A DNA stretch of 39,466 nucleotides from a virus (IMGVR_UViG_3300037608_000244:1-39466), one strand, 5' to 3'. Counted from the stretch's first letter, positions 7,821 through 16,871 are shown. Numbers and translations are program-made. The notes: generated by a model not told the origin, from the sequence alone.

Positions 7821-7981
7821 CAACAATATTTACTCCAAATTGTCAATAACACGAAAAAAAACGCACATAAAATAATCCTAATTATGTTAAGCAATTATAA
7901 ATATTTTAAAAATCTATAATTTACACTGTTCAAAAACAACTTAACTCTATGAAATTATTTATTACACCCCCTGAAAAAACA

Positions 7982-8011
7982 TTCAAATGCTTCAAATGCT
8001 TCAAATGCTTC
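7982..8011. repeat. 9-bp tandem direct repeat (TTCAAATGC x3 + TTC)
   Basis: Seen directly; lies immediately upstream of a candidate -35 for the head operon. Confidence 0.9.
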
Positions 8012-8012
8012 T

Positions 8013-8042
8013 TTGCACTGTACTTCCTCTTTTTTGTAATCT
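8013..8042 (+). promoter_or_regulatory. Candidate late (head operon) promoter
   Basis: TTGCAC (8013-8018) followed by TGTAAT (8035-8040) or TAATCT (8037-8042); ~40 nt upstream of the gpW start. Confidence 0.4.
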
Positions 8043-8079
8043 CTCCCCATGCATAAATCAACTATTCACTGGAGTATTT

Positions 8080-8295
8080 ATGGCCGGTAGAACACTTGCA
8101 GACGCCCAGGCGGACTATACTGCCACACATGCGGCATATTTGAAAGCCCTTGACGCGGAAGCCTACGGCATTGGAGATAAGAACCTCAGACGTCCACGCT
8201 CTCAGGAGCTTTACGATCAAATGATGAGGCTTGACGCTGAAATAAAGCGGCTTTCCCGCGGAGGAATAAGAATGCGCGGAGGTACCCCAACTTGA
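8080..8295 (+). CDS. Head-tail joining/completion protein, gpW-like
   Basis: 71 aa helix-hairpin-helix pattern (AY.IGD..L.R....EL) immediately before a lambda-type portal; GGAG RBS ahead of ATG 8080. Confidence 0.75.
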   Translation: MAGRTLADAQADYTATHAAYLKALDAEAYGIGDKNLRRPRSQELYDQMMRLDAEIKRLSRGGIRMRGGTPT

Positions 8296-9932
8296 AATAC
8301 AAAACCCAAGCCGGGCACAAGAATATAGAATTCGAAGATAATTTCATTGACCGGGCTATCAATTTTCTTGACCCGGTAAGAGGGGCCCGCAGATTACAGA
8401 GCCGTCTTGCTCTTGCAGTATCAGGAATGTATTTCGGTGCTTCAACATCCCGCAGGGCCCTTTCCGAGTGGACTCCTAAGGACTCCGACCCCAATGCAAC
8501 CCTCCAGTTTGATCTTGATATGATGAGGCAGCGCAGCCGGGACATGATCCGGAACGTTCCTCTGGCAACGGGCGCGATCAATACCGTATGCACAAATGTT
8601 GTCGGGAACGGCTTGCAGTTGCAGGCGCGCTTGGACAGGAGTATCCTGAATCTGACTGATGAGCAGGCCGACGCCTGGGAATCAAAAACAGAATCGGAAT
8701 GGTCTTTATTCTGGGACTGCACTGAGGTAGACAGCGCCCGAACGTTAAACGGCGCCGGGATAACGGAACTTGCGTTCCGGCAGGCTCTTGAAAACGGCGA
8801 ATCTTTTATCAACCTTCCCCGTATTAAACGTGCCGGGGCCTACGACCTTAAACTGCAACTCATAGAGGCTGACAGGATATCCAACAAGGATAATATTGCC
8901 GACACGGAAACCCTGTTTATGGGCATAGAGAAAGACTCATACGGCGCGCCTGTCGCGTATCATGTCTGCAATCAATTTCAGTATTCTACCCTTCCGCAGA
9001 ATGTTATATCCTGGCAAATTATACAGGCATACGGCAGTAAAACAGGCCTGAAAAACATAATTCATTTGTTTAAACCTATCAGACCGGGCCAGACGAGAGG
9101 TATCCCGTATCTGACACCTGTCATTGAGTCCTTAAAACAGCTTGGCAGATATACCGAGTCTGAATTAATGGCCGCTGTCATATCATCGATGTTCACGGTT
9201 TTTATCAAAACAGAGGCTGGTGAATCTGATTTTGATATCGGTGAACTCGGTAGAGAAACCGGGGCAAAAGCAAGCGATACAGATGTTAAACTCGCTCCGG
9301 GCGCAATTATAGACCTTTTAAAAGGTGAGGATATTGTAACAGCAAACCCGAACCGCCCGAACACGGCTTTTGATCCTTTTGTCCAGGCCATATTAAGGCA
9401 GATCGGCGTCGCCCTGGAACTGCCCTTCGAGGTTTTGATTAAACATTTCACCGCATCATATTCAGCGGCCCGCAGCGCTCTCCTTGAAGCGTGGAAATTT
9501 TTCAATAACCGCCGCCAATGGCTTGCTCAGAATTTCTGTCAGCAGGTTTATGAAGTTTGGCTGTATGAAGCTATCGCCTCCGGAAGGATCGCGGCTCCGG
9601 GATATTTTAACAACCCGCTTATTAAGAAAGCATATTCCACCGCAGAATGGGTTGGACCGTCGCCCGGACAGATAGATCCGGTGAAGGAAGTCACCGCCGC
9701 AGAGAAGCGCCTCCAACTCTTACTGACAACCAGAGCACAAGAAAGCGCAGCAATGGGCGGAGATTTTGACGCAAATATAAAACAGATCAAAAAAGAACGG
9801 GCTCAAATTATTGACGCCGGCCTTAATCCGGATAGAAATTACAAAAATCAACAGCCCGCATTTACACAACCGCAGCAGGAAAATGACGATGAAAACGACA
9901 ATCAGGGAGGGAACGACCTTGAAAATACTTGA
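8292..9932 (+). CDS. Portal protein, lambda family
   Basis: RQRSRDMIRNVPLA.GA, LQLIEADR, RPGQTRGIP, SYSAARSALLE, IDPVKE motifs. Confidence 0.95.
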   Translation: MKYKTQAGHKNIEFEDNFIDRAINFLDPVRGARRLQSRLALAVSGMYFGASTSRRALSEWTPKDSDPNATLQFDLDMMRQRSRDMIRNVPLATGAINTVCTNVVGNGLQLQARLDRSILNLTDEQADAWESKTESEWSLFWDCTEVDSARTLNGAGITELAFRQALENGESFINLPRIKRAGAYDLKLQLIEADRISNKDNIADTETLFMGIEKDSYGAPVAYHVCNQFQYSTLPQNVISWQIIQAYGSKTGLKNIIHLFKPIRPGQTRGIPYLTPVIESLKQLGRYTESELMAAVISSMFTVFIKTEAGESDFDIGELGRETGAKASDTDVKLAPGAIIDLLKGEDIVTANPNRPNTAFDPFVQAILRQIGVALELPFEVLIKHFTASYSAARSALLEAWKFFNNRRQWLAQNFCQQVYEVWLYEAIASGRIAAPGYFNNPLIKKAYSTAEWVGPSPGQIDPVKEVTAAEKRLQLLLTTRAQESAAMGGDFDANIKQIKKERAQIIDAGLNPDRNYKNQQPAFTQPQQENDDENDNQGGNDLENT

Positions 9933-10839
9933 TGTGCTTACCAGTCCCTGGGCAATTCTTCCCGAAAAGCTGGCAGAAATCCAGGCCATTTACAGCGTTC
10001 ATCTTCGCGGGGAAAAAATAGATATAAAAGGTATTGAAGCACAAATCGGCAAACCTTTAAACAACGAACAAAAACCTTACCAGGTGATTGACAATGTTGC
10101 AATTATTGAGCTGAACGGGATCATGGCTAAAAGGATGAATCTTTTAATGCAGATTTCCGGGGGTTTTTCATCTCAGATTGCAATGAGGGATTTTAAGCAG
10201 GCGTTCGCGGACCCGGAAGTATCGGCCGTAATCCTTGCTGTTGACTCTCCCGGTGGTACGGTAGACGGTACAGAAGAACTTGCTAACGCAGTCTTTGAAG
10301 CACGTCAGCAGGATACAAAACCCGTTATCACTTACGCTGACGGCCTGATGGCTTCGGCAGCCTACTGGATAGGGGCGGCATCCGACAGAATATATATCAA
10401 CGGTGAAACCGCGCAGATAGGTTCAATTGGTGTTGTGGCAACTCATGTGGATTACAGCCAATGGGAAGCTAAAGAAGGCATAAAAACAACAGAAATCTTT
10501 GCCGGTAAATATAAGCGCATCAATTCAGAATATGAGCCCCTGAGTAAAGAGGGCAAACAATACATGCAGGATACCGTAGACTATTTCTATTCAATTTTCG
10601 CGAACACAATGACCAGATACAGACCGGGCAAGCTCGCTATTACAGAGGACGGTGCTCTCCCCTGGGCGGATGGCAAGGTTTTTATAGGTCAGCAGGCAAT
10701 AGAAAACGGGCTGGTGGACGGTGTGAAATCACTCGACGAACTAATAATGCAGCTCTCACAGGAGGGCAAAACCATGCTTATGCAGGAAAAAATTAAAGAA
10801 GACATGGAAAGGAGGCTACAAAATGGAAGTAACGGCTGA
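9919..10839 (+). CDS. Prohead protease, S49 (SppA/ClpP-like) family
   Basis: VDSPGG, MASAAYWIG, GSIGV, AGKYK motifs; TTG start after GGAGG. Confidence 0.92.
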   Translation: MKILDVLTSPWAILPEKLAEIQAIYSVHLRGEKIDIKGIEAQIGKPLNNEQKPYQVIDNVAIIELNGIMAKRMNLLMQISGGFSSQIAMRDFKQAFADPEVSAVILAVDSPGGTVDGTEELANAVFEARQQDTKPVITYADGLMASAAYWIGAASDRIYINGETAQIGSIGVVATHVDYSQWEAKEGIKTTEIFAGKYKRINSEYEPLSKEGKQYMQDTVDYFYSIFANTMTRYRPGKLAITEDGALPWADGKVFIGQQAIENGLVDGVKSLDELIMQLSQEGKTMLMQEKIKEDMERRLQNGSNG

Positions 10840-11353
10840 AAGTTTGAAAACAGCATATCCGGGCATATTTGCATCAATTGAAAAAACCGCCTTTGACAAG
10901 GGATTTTCTGAAGGCCTCACAAAAGGCACAGACGAAGGCATGAAGGCCGGCGCCGATAAGGAGCGAGCCCGTATCAAGGCAGTTGAGGAAAGCTCTCTTC
11001 CCGGTCACGAGGACCTTGTTGCCCGTATGAAATATGACGGCGTAAGCACTGCCGAGACCGCGGCGGTAAAAATCCTACAGGCGGAGAAGACGCTCAGGGA
11101 AACAAAGCTTGACGCGTACAAAGCTGATGCCCCGGCATTCGTTGCCACTGTTGACGCGGCAAGGACAGAAGAGAAGAAAACAGAAACAGCGGCATCCGGC
11201 GAACTTATGACAGAAGAACAGATGAAAACCGTCTGGAATAAGGACGCAAAACTCAGGGCAGATTTCGGCAATGATTTTGACGCCTATAAAGCATATACCG
11301 ACGCCGAACATGCCGGACGCGTCAAGATATACGGCCAGAAAGGAGGTAAATAA
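10823..11353 (+). CDS. Putative capsid scaffolding protein
   Basis: Charged, helical, G...ERARI motif; follows the protease. Confidence 0.65.
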   Translation: MEVTAESLKTAYPGIFASIEKTAFDKGFSEGLTKGTDEGMKAGADKERARIKAVEESSLPGHEDLVARMKYDGVSTAETAAVKILQAEKTLRETKLDAYKADAPAFVATVDAARTEEKKTETAASGELMTEEQMKTVWNKDAKLRADFGNDFDAYKAYTDAEHAGRVKIYGQKGGK

Positions 11354-11355
11354 TT

Positions 11356-11943
11356 ATGTGCGCACTCGCAGCAGATCTTCCCAGAACGTTTGAAATAGGA
11401 CCCATAAACACTTTGCCCGTACTGGGCACTTCGACTATTTACAGAGGCAGCGCTGTTGGCGATAGCTCCGGTTATTCAAGACCCCTTGTTGCCGGCGACT
11501 CATTCCGCGGTTTCGCGGACGCGAAGGTCGATAACCTTACCGGCGCGTCAGGCGCGAAAAATGTTGATGTCATAACCGAAGGCTATGCCCAGGTGACATT
11601 AGCAAGCGTTGCCATTACGGATGTAGGCAAACCGGTTTATATGAGCGATGATGAGACGTTCACGCTCACTCAGGGCAGCAACAGCCTCGTAGGGTCCGTT
11701 TATCGCTATGTTGCCGCAAACACCTGTGTCATTAAATTCGGCGACAATAAAACGCTCCAGGCTTCAGCAGTATCCACGACAGCAGTCACAGCCGTCGCAA
11801 CTACCGCCGCGTCCCTGGCAGGCTATGGATTCACGACACAGGCGCAGGCAGACGCGATAGTCGCTTCGCTGAATGCTGTCATCACAAAACAGGCGTCAAT
11901 TGTAACCGCCCTGAATGCAATGCTTGGCGGGTCAAAGGGTTAA
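11356..11943 (+). CDS. Head decoration/cement protein with a Ser/Thr/Ala-rich C-terminal extension
   Basis: IYRGSAVG...F.GFA...DN..GA.G...V.V...DVGKPVY.SDD.T motif typical of decoration proteins next to gpT-type capsids. Confidence 0.75.
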   Translation: MCALAADLPRTFEIGPINTLPVLGTSTIYRGSAVGDSSGYSRPLVAGDSFRGFADAKVDNLTGASGAKNVDVITEGYAQVTLASVAITDVGKPVYMSDDETFTLTQGSNSLVGSVYRYVAANTCVIKFGDNKTLQASAVSTTAVTAVATTAASLAGYGFTTQAQADAIVASLNAVITKQASIVTALNAMLGGSKG

Positions 11944-11944
11944 T

Positions 11945-13483
11945 ATGAATATCGCGGTAATATATACACTTCTCTGTGTTGCTGTGCTGCCTTTCTGGAT
12001 AGCGCAGCAGCACTTAGGAGGCCGCTCAATCCCCTTTATCCTGGCAACGTGCGGGTATGTCCTGTATTCACTGGCATCCGGGATCAATATCCCCATGGAC
12101 AATACAACAATGATTGCCGGATCTATTGCTGTCTGGCTGCTTATGTCTCTTACCTGGACGGACACAAAGCGAAGTGTCTTTGAGCTTTTTAATCTGCTTG
12201 CGTATCTTGTTTTATTCACAGTTGCCCGGACAATCCCGCTTGTTATAACTGTATCTGCTGTTTTCACAATCGGAGTGAGCTTTGCAACAATGGAAGCTGT
12301 CCGGATTGTCAAAAGGCGCAAATTCCCGAATGCAGGGGAGACATTTACTTTCGGCAACGGCAACCATACCGGGGCATTTATGATTGTCAGCCTCTTTACG
12401 GGAATATGGCTCGTAATCAATTTATCAGTATGGTTTACACCTTTTGTCCTGCTCATAGCCGCAGTGCTCATCATATCCCGCTGCAAAGGCGCGATTGCGG
12501 GATGCGTTTCTGCAGGCGCGGTCACACTATTTATTACAGAATTCTGGCAGCCGGCAGCTTTAATCAGTTTGGTGGCAGCGGCTTTTGTGCTCAGACGTTT
12601 CAATGCAATCCCTAACGCGAGAGCTTCAATAGGCGGGCGGATATGGTTATATCTGGCATCCCTTGAAATGATTGTTAAAAAACCCTTTACCGGGTACGGG
12701 CTGAATTCATATCAAAAAGAACTGCCCGACATAATCGCGCGGATTACAAAGAGCAAACTTCATGAAATTGCCGGAGATAGATTAAAAGCACAAATGAACA
12801 CCCGGTCTCACCGGGTACACAATGACCATCTTGAAATCATGTCGGAAATCGGTATTCCTGGATACCTTCTCTTTGTATACCTCTTTTTAAGCGTCACATA
12901 CGATCCTATTATACTTGGCTTACTTATTGCTTTCCTGATTCACGCGCTTTTCTTTTTCCCTTTTCGCGAAGTTCATACGGCAGTGCCCTTCTGGGTAATC
13001 ATGGGGTCAATGGCAGGCGGGTCAATCAGCGCGGTGACAATGCCCTTGCTGATAAAAATCCTCATCGGCTGTATTGTCGCAGCCGTGATAATTCAAACTT
13101 TGCACAGATTTCTTGGCCAGTGGTATTCGGAAATGGCGAAAAACAAACCGGGGATAACCGAAGAGCAGAAACTTGAATATATTGATATTGCGGTATCCCA
13201 TGACCCCTATGATACGGGATATCTCTCGGATGCAGCCTATTATTATTCAAAAGCAAATCCTGTAAAGAGCTTCTTTTATGCCGCGCGCTGTCTTTTGCAC
13301 TATGACGGTACCCGCATGAAACAGGGTGTTTATGATCTCTTCGCCCGCACATTAATAGCGGCAAAAGAAGTTAATGTCTGCCACTTTGTTGAAGATAAAG
13401 CTCTATGGATAGACCCGATATTTCAACCGGCAATTACCATAAAGAGTTATTTATACAGCCGGTATGCAGGCGGTAAAAAATGA
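11945..13483 (+). CDS. O-antigen ligase family (Wzy_C; WaaL/PglL-like) polytopic membrane protein
   Basis: About 12 hydrophobic segments; TFGNGNH, SRCKGA, GR..LY...L.MI.KKPFTGYG..SY and HNDHLEIMSEIGIPG motifs; helical TPR-like C-terminus. Confidence 0.88.
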   Translation: MNIAVIYTLLCVAVLPFWIAQQHLGGRSIPFILATCGYVLYSLASGINIPMDNTTMIAGSIAVWLLMSLTWTDTKRSVFELFNLLAYLVLFTVARTIPLVITVSAVFTIGVSFATMEAVRIVKRRKFPNAGETFTFGNGNHTGAFMIVSLFTGIWLVINLSVWFTPFVLLIAAVLIISRCKGAIAGCVSAGAVTLFITEFWQPAALISLVAAAFVLRRFNAIPNARASIGGRIWLYLASLEMIVKKPFTGYGLNSYQKELPDIIARITKSKLHEIAGDRLKAQMNTRSHRVHNDHLEIMSEIGIPGYLLFVYLFLSVTYDPIILGLLIAFLIHALFFFPFREVHTAVPFWVIMGSMAGGSISAVTMPLLIKILIGCIVAAVIIQTLHRFLGQWYSEMAKNKPGITEEQKLEYIDIAVSHDPYDTGYLSDAAYYYSKANPVKSFFYAARCLLHYDGTRMKQGVYDLFARTLIAAKEVNVCHFVEDKALWIDPIFQPAITIKSYLYSRYAGGKK

Positions 13484-13605
13484 TTGATAAACGTAGGAGA
13501 AACGGCGCAGCCGTGGCGGTAGTCCATGGTGTAACAGAGGGACAGGGCGTCCTTGTTGGCGTGGATGAAAAGAATAAACCACAACAAAAACAAGGAGGTA
13601 AATAA
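13480..13605 (+). CDS. Small 41-aa ORF, not in the supplied track
   Basis: ATGA overlap with the ligase stop; MIDKRRRNGAAVAVVHGVTEGQGVLVGVDEKNKPQQKQGGK; ends 2 nt before the capsid ATG. Confidence 0.45.
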   Translation: MIDKRRRNGAAVAVVHGVTEGQGVLVGVDEKNKPQQKQGGK

Positions 13606-13607
13606 TC

Positions 13608-14567
13608 ATGGGTAATCAGTATCAGGGAATTACATCAAAAGGTGTTATCGGTCAGTTTTACGCGGCATTAAGGCAGAATCTGGGCAATACATGGATACCG
13701 GGAATTTCGATGTATTTCAACAGCACTCAGGAAACAGAAAGTTACAAGTGGCTCGGCATGGTTCCCGGAATGCGGGAATGGAAAGGAGGCCGCCAGGGTA
13801 AAGGGTTAAGAGAAAACGGTATGTCCATTACAAATATTAAGTATGAGTCAACTCTTGAGGTCAATGTTGACGATCTCAGACGGGACAAAACCGGGCAGCT
13901 CAGAATCAGGATATCGGAACAGGCGAGGAGGGCAAACGCACACTGGGCAAGCCTCCTGTCAACGCTTATTCTGAATGGACCTTCCGCGGTCTGTTATGAC
14001 GGACAGTATTTTTTTGATACCGACCATAGCGAGGGCGACAGCGGATCACAGAGCAATAAGATATCTGTTGATATATCGGCATTGCCCTGCGCGGTACACG
14101 GCAGCACGGAGGTCCCCAGCCGCGAGGAGGCAGTGCAGGCCATACTCAAGGGTGTTTCCGCAATTGTCGGTTTTGTTGACGACCAGGCGGAGCCGATGAA
14201 TGAGGACGCCCAGCAGTTTGTTGTTTTGGCGGCTCCTCAGAATCCGATATATCTCTGCTTGCTCGGCGGTATAGTATCCGACAATCTTGCCGCCGGTGTG
14301 CCGAATATCATACCGGATAGCGGATACAATATAATCGCCGCCCCGAATGCCCGGCTTTCATCCTGGACGGACAGGTTTGCCATATTCCGGACGGACGCGG
14401 ATGTAAAAGCCTTTATCAGACAGGAAGAAGAGGGCATATCCGTCGCGGCAAAAGCCGAGGGATCAGAATTTGAATTTGATTTCGATAAACATCAGTACGG
14501 GATCAAAGCCATACGCAATGTCGGTTACGGCTTTTGGCAGGAAGCCTGTGAAGTAATCCTGACATAA
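13608..14567 (+). CDS. Major capsid protein, Mu gpT-like family
   Basis: E.Y.WLG.VP.MREW.G.R, N..YESTL.V, CYDGQYFFDTDH, R.NVGYGFWQ.A motifs. Confidence 0.92.
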   Translation: MGNQYQGITSKGVIGQFYAALRQNLGNTWIPGISMYFNSTQETESYKWLGMVPGMREWKGGRQGKGLRENGMSITNIKYESTLEVNVDDLRRDKTGQLRIRISEQARRANAHWASLLSTLILNGPSAVCYDGQYFFDTDHSEGDSGSQSNKISVDISALPCAVHGSTEVPSREEAVQAILKGVSAIVGFVDDQAEPMNEDAQQFVVLAAPQNPIYLCLLGGIVSDNLAAGVPNIIPDSGYNIIAAPNARLSSWTDRFAIFRTDADVKAFIRQEEEGISVAAKAEGSEFEFDFDKHQYGIKAIRNVGYGFWQEACEVILT

Positions 14568-14587
14568 ACAGAAAAGGAGCTTGCGCA

Positions 14588-14854
14588 ATGGGTATTGTAG
14601 ACAAAATGCTTGATAAAATGTTGGGAAGCGAACTTCCGGAGCATACTCACCCTGTTCGTTGCCATAAGTGTAATGAAATAATTGGTTATACGGATCCGGA
14701 TACGTTATCTCCTATAGACCTTTTTTCAGGCACTATCCGACAAATGTATGTGCCGCTCATTGTCTGCAAGTCTTGCGAATCAGAAATCAAACAGGGCGGG
14801 GAGATAATCCCCGCCTTAAAAACAATAGAACAAAACAAGAAGGGGGAGATATGA
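14588..14854 (+). CDS. Hypothetical protein with two CxxC motifs
   Basis: CHKC and CKSC; AAGGAG RBS. Confidence 0.6.
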   Translation: MGIVDKMLDKMLGSELPEHTHPVRCHKCNEIIGYTDPDTLSPIDLFSGTIRQMYVPLIVCKSCESEIKQGGEIIPALKTIEQNKKGEI

Positions 14855-15144
14855 GCCATAATCCTGTAACAGAAGTGGCGCCATCGGAATTTGCTCACAG
14901 CAATAAAACCATAGGTACCGTAGCTGATAAGCTCGTTGATGAGAATTCTTATCGGCGCTCTATCCTTGTACAGAATCTTTCAGCAACGAATGATCTATAT
15001 ATCGGCAATGCAAGCGTAACAACAGCGAATACTGTTAAAATCGCCCCCGGTGAAGGCCTGACGCTTTACACCCGTAGTGCCATCTATGCTGTCGCCTCTG
15101 CTGACACATGCGATGTGAGATATTTGGAGGAATATTGTGGCTGA
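14851..15144 (+). CDS. Small beta-rich putative virion protein
   Basis: RRSILVQN....LYIG...V......I.PGE pattern; GGGGAG RBS; ATGA overlap. Confidence 0.65.
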   Translation: MSHNPVTEVAPSEFAHSNKTIGTVADKLVDENSYRRSILVQNLSATNDLYIGNASVTTANTVKIAPGEGLTLYTRSAIYAVASADTCDVRYLEEYCG

Positions 15145-16822
15145 TTTACGAAGAACCTATTTATTAACACTGCTTGCCACCCTCCCTGCCCACTACGAAC
15201 GTGATATAAAATGGGCATTAAAAACCCCCTACACCACAGCGGCAAACAGGTACACCTTACTGACACCCAACCGCCTCACCGTCAACATCAACGACAGCGG
15301 TCATGCCCTTAACGCTCAATCGCAAATCGACCTGTCTGTAGCTGCAAACTGGGACACCATTGCCGGAACTGACTATACCGTTGCTGCTAATCGCGCTGGT
15401 AAGGATTTTTATATTTATGCCTGTCAGCAATCAGGAGGCGTACCTAAATTTGTTATTTCCGCCAACTCTACAGTTCCCACGGGCTACACCTCTTCTAACT
15501 CCCGTAAAATAGGCGGGTTTCACTGCCTTTGTGCATCGTTTACCCTGACAGCTTGGGCTGCGGATACGGTTATAGCCCTTTATGAGACAAGAAAACCCAC
15601 GGTTAAAGACAACTACATTTATGTCTGCACCGCACGTGCAGGTGATTTTAAAACCCATGCAGCCACGGAACCCAATTGGGCATCTATAGCCAATGGTGCA
15701 ACTATCGTTGACGATCAGATTACCTGGATGAAATTACCGAATAAGTTAGAAGGATTTCTGGCAGGGGATATACTTCCTGACTCTATTTGGGACTTAAAAC
15801 ACAAACCCCGCGAGGCCTCCCCGGAAGGGATGGTCTATTCCGATCAGATAGGCAAATGGGTAGATATCTATCTGGCCTCCGGAACAGACACATCAACCGC
15901 ATCCGTTAACGGCGGAACCATCAGCGACAGTCGTACATGGCTTAATTTTGTAGACGATGGTGCAGCAGTTAAAAAACGCCTCCTCCGGGACATGGAGTTT
16001 CAGGCTATAGCGGCAGGTAGCAATGAACAGACCAATATCACCGGCTCTGCCGATCCTGTGACTACCGGCGGGCACGTAGACACATTGTCACGCCGCATGA
16101 TATCGAACATCGGCTGCGAGGATTGTTGTGGTGCTATGTACCAATGGCTGGATGAACAGTCGTACCAGTGCAATCCTGATGGTACAATCACGGCAGCATC
16201 AAAAACAGGTACTATCACCCACGTTGCAGCACCCGGTGGTAATCCGATATATATCAAATTCTTTAATGACGGGACTCCTTATCTTTGCAGCAATATGGCA
16301 AGTGCGGCTGTTAACAAGATAATCGCTCTCGGTACGGATTATAAAGTACAGATTACTCATGATGCCGATCCGGCAGCCGGTGGTCTGCAAGTCTATTTTG
16401 ATGAGGACGCGACACAACCTTCCCGGCTCCTGTGCAATAACACGGTAATCGGCAAGGATGTCTATGCGGCCACAAACAACCCAGCCTACATGTTGCAGAT
16501 AAAGCATAGCGCCACTGCCTCATCTCTGGGAGTGGCTGTAAATTATGATGACGGAGCAGACAACAGACTTGAATTTACGTCCCCCACATCAGCCAACGGC
16601 ACCCTTGACCTCGCCTTAAACAGTCAGGCATTTTCCTTCAAAACTATAGGCGGCAGCAAGGGGCAACTATACAGCCAGGGCACCTACGGAGATGTAAAGC
16701 TGAACGCTGGCGGTTATTGGTATACGGGGTCGGCTGCGGGCTCTCGGTTTCGGTATGCGTATAACTATCGCTGGTATACGTATGCGTATCTCGGCGGGCG
16801 GTTCGCGGCGGAGCCGTTATGA
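15137..16822 (+). CDS. Mtd-like receptor-binding / DGR target protein (C-type lectin/FGE-like fold)
   Basis: SRKIGGFHC, ILP.SIWDL.H.P, PEGMVY, WVDIYLAS, RRMISNIGCEDCCG..YQW motifs and a C-terminal GG.W..G..AGSR.R......W......GGR variable region. Confidence 0.85.
   Translation: MADLRRTYLLTLLATLPAHYERDIKWALKTPYTTAANRYTLLTPNRLTVNINDSGHALNAQSQIDLSVAANWDTIAGTDYTVAANRAGKDFYIYACQQSGGVPKFVISANSTVPTGYTSSNSRKIGGFHCLCASFTLTAWAADTVIALYETRKPTVKDNYIYVCTARAGDFKTHAATEPNWASIANGATIVDDQITWMKLPNKLEGFLAGDILPDSIWDLKHKPREASPEGMVYSDQIGKWVDIYLASGTDTSTASVNGGTISDSRTWLNFVDDGAAVKKRLLRDMEFQAIAAGSNEQTNITGSADPVTTGGHVDTLSRRMISNIGCEDCCGAMYQWLDEQSYQCNPDGTITAASKTGTITHVAAPGGNPIYIKFFNDGTPYLCSNMASAAVNKIIALGTDYKVQITHDADPAAGGLQVYFDEDATQPSRLLCNNTVIGKDVYAATNNPAYMLQIKHSATASSLGVAVNYDDGADNRLEFTSPTSANGTLDLALNSQAFSFKTIGGSKGQLYSQGTYGDVKLNAGGYWYTGSAAGSRFRYAYNYRWYTYAYLGGRFAAEPL
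16699..16822 (+). other. DGR variable region (VR) with GC-rich IMH-like end
   Basis: All 8 Tyr codons are TAT, with TTT/GCT/AAC at other spaced positions, as expected from AAY template codons; GC-rich run 16792-16816. Confidence 0.75.
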
Positions 16823-16871
16823 GCAACACGAAAAACGCAACACGGATTTTTAAACGGCTGACAGATCGATC

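Noticed and set aside
7987-8079. MLQMLQML N-terminal extension of gpW
   Set aside because: Artefact of the 9-bp DNA repeat; the RBS supports ATG 8080.
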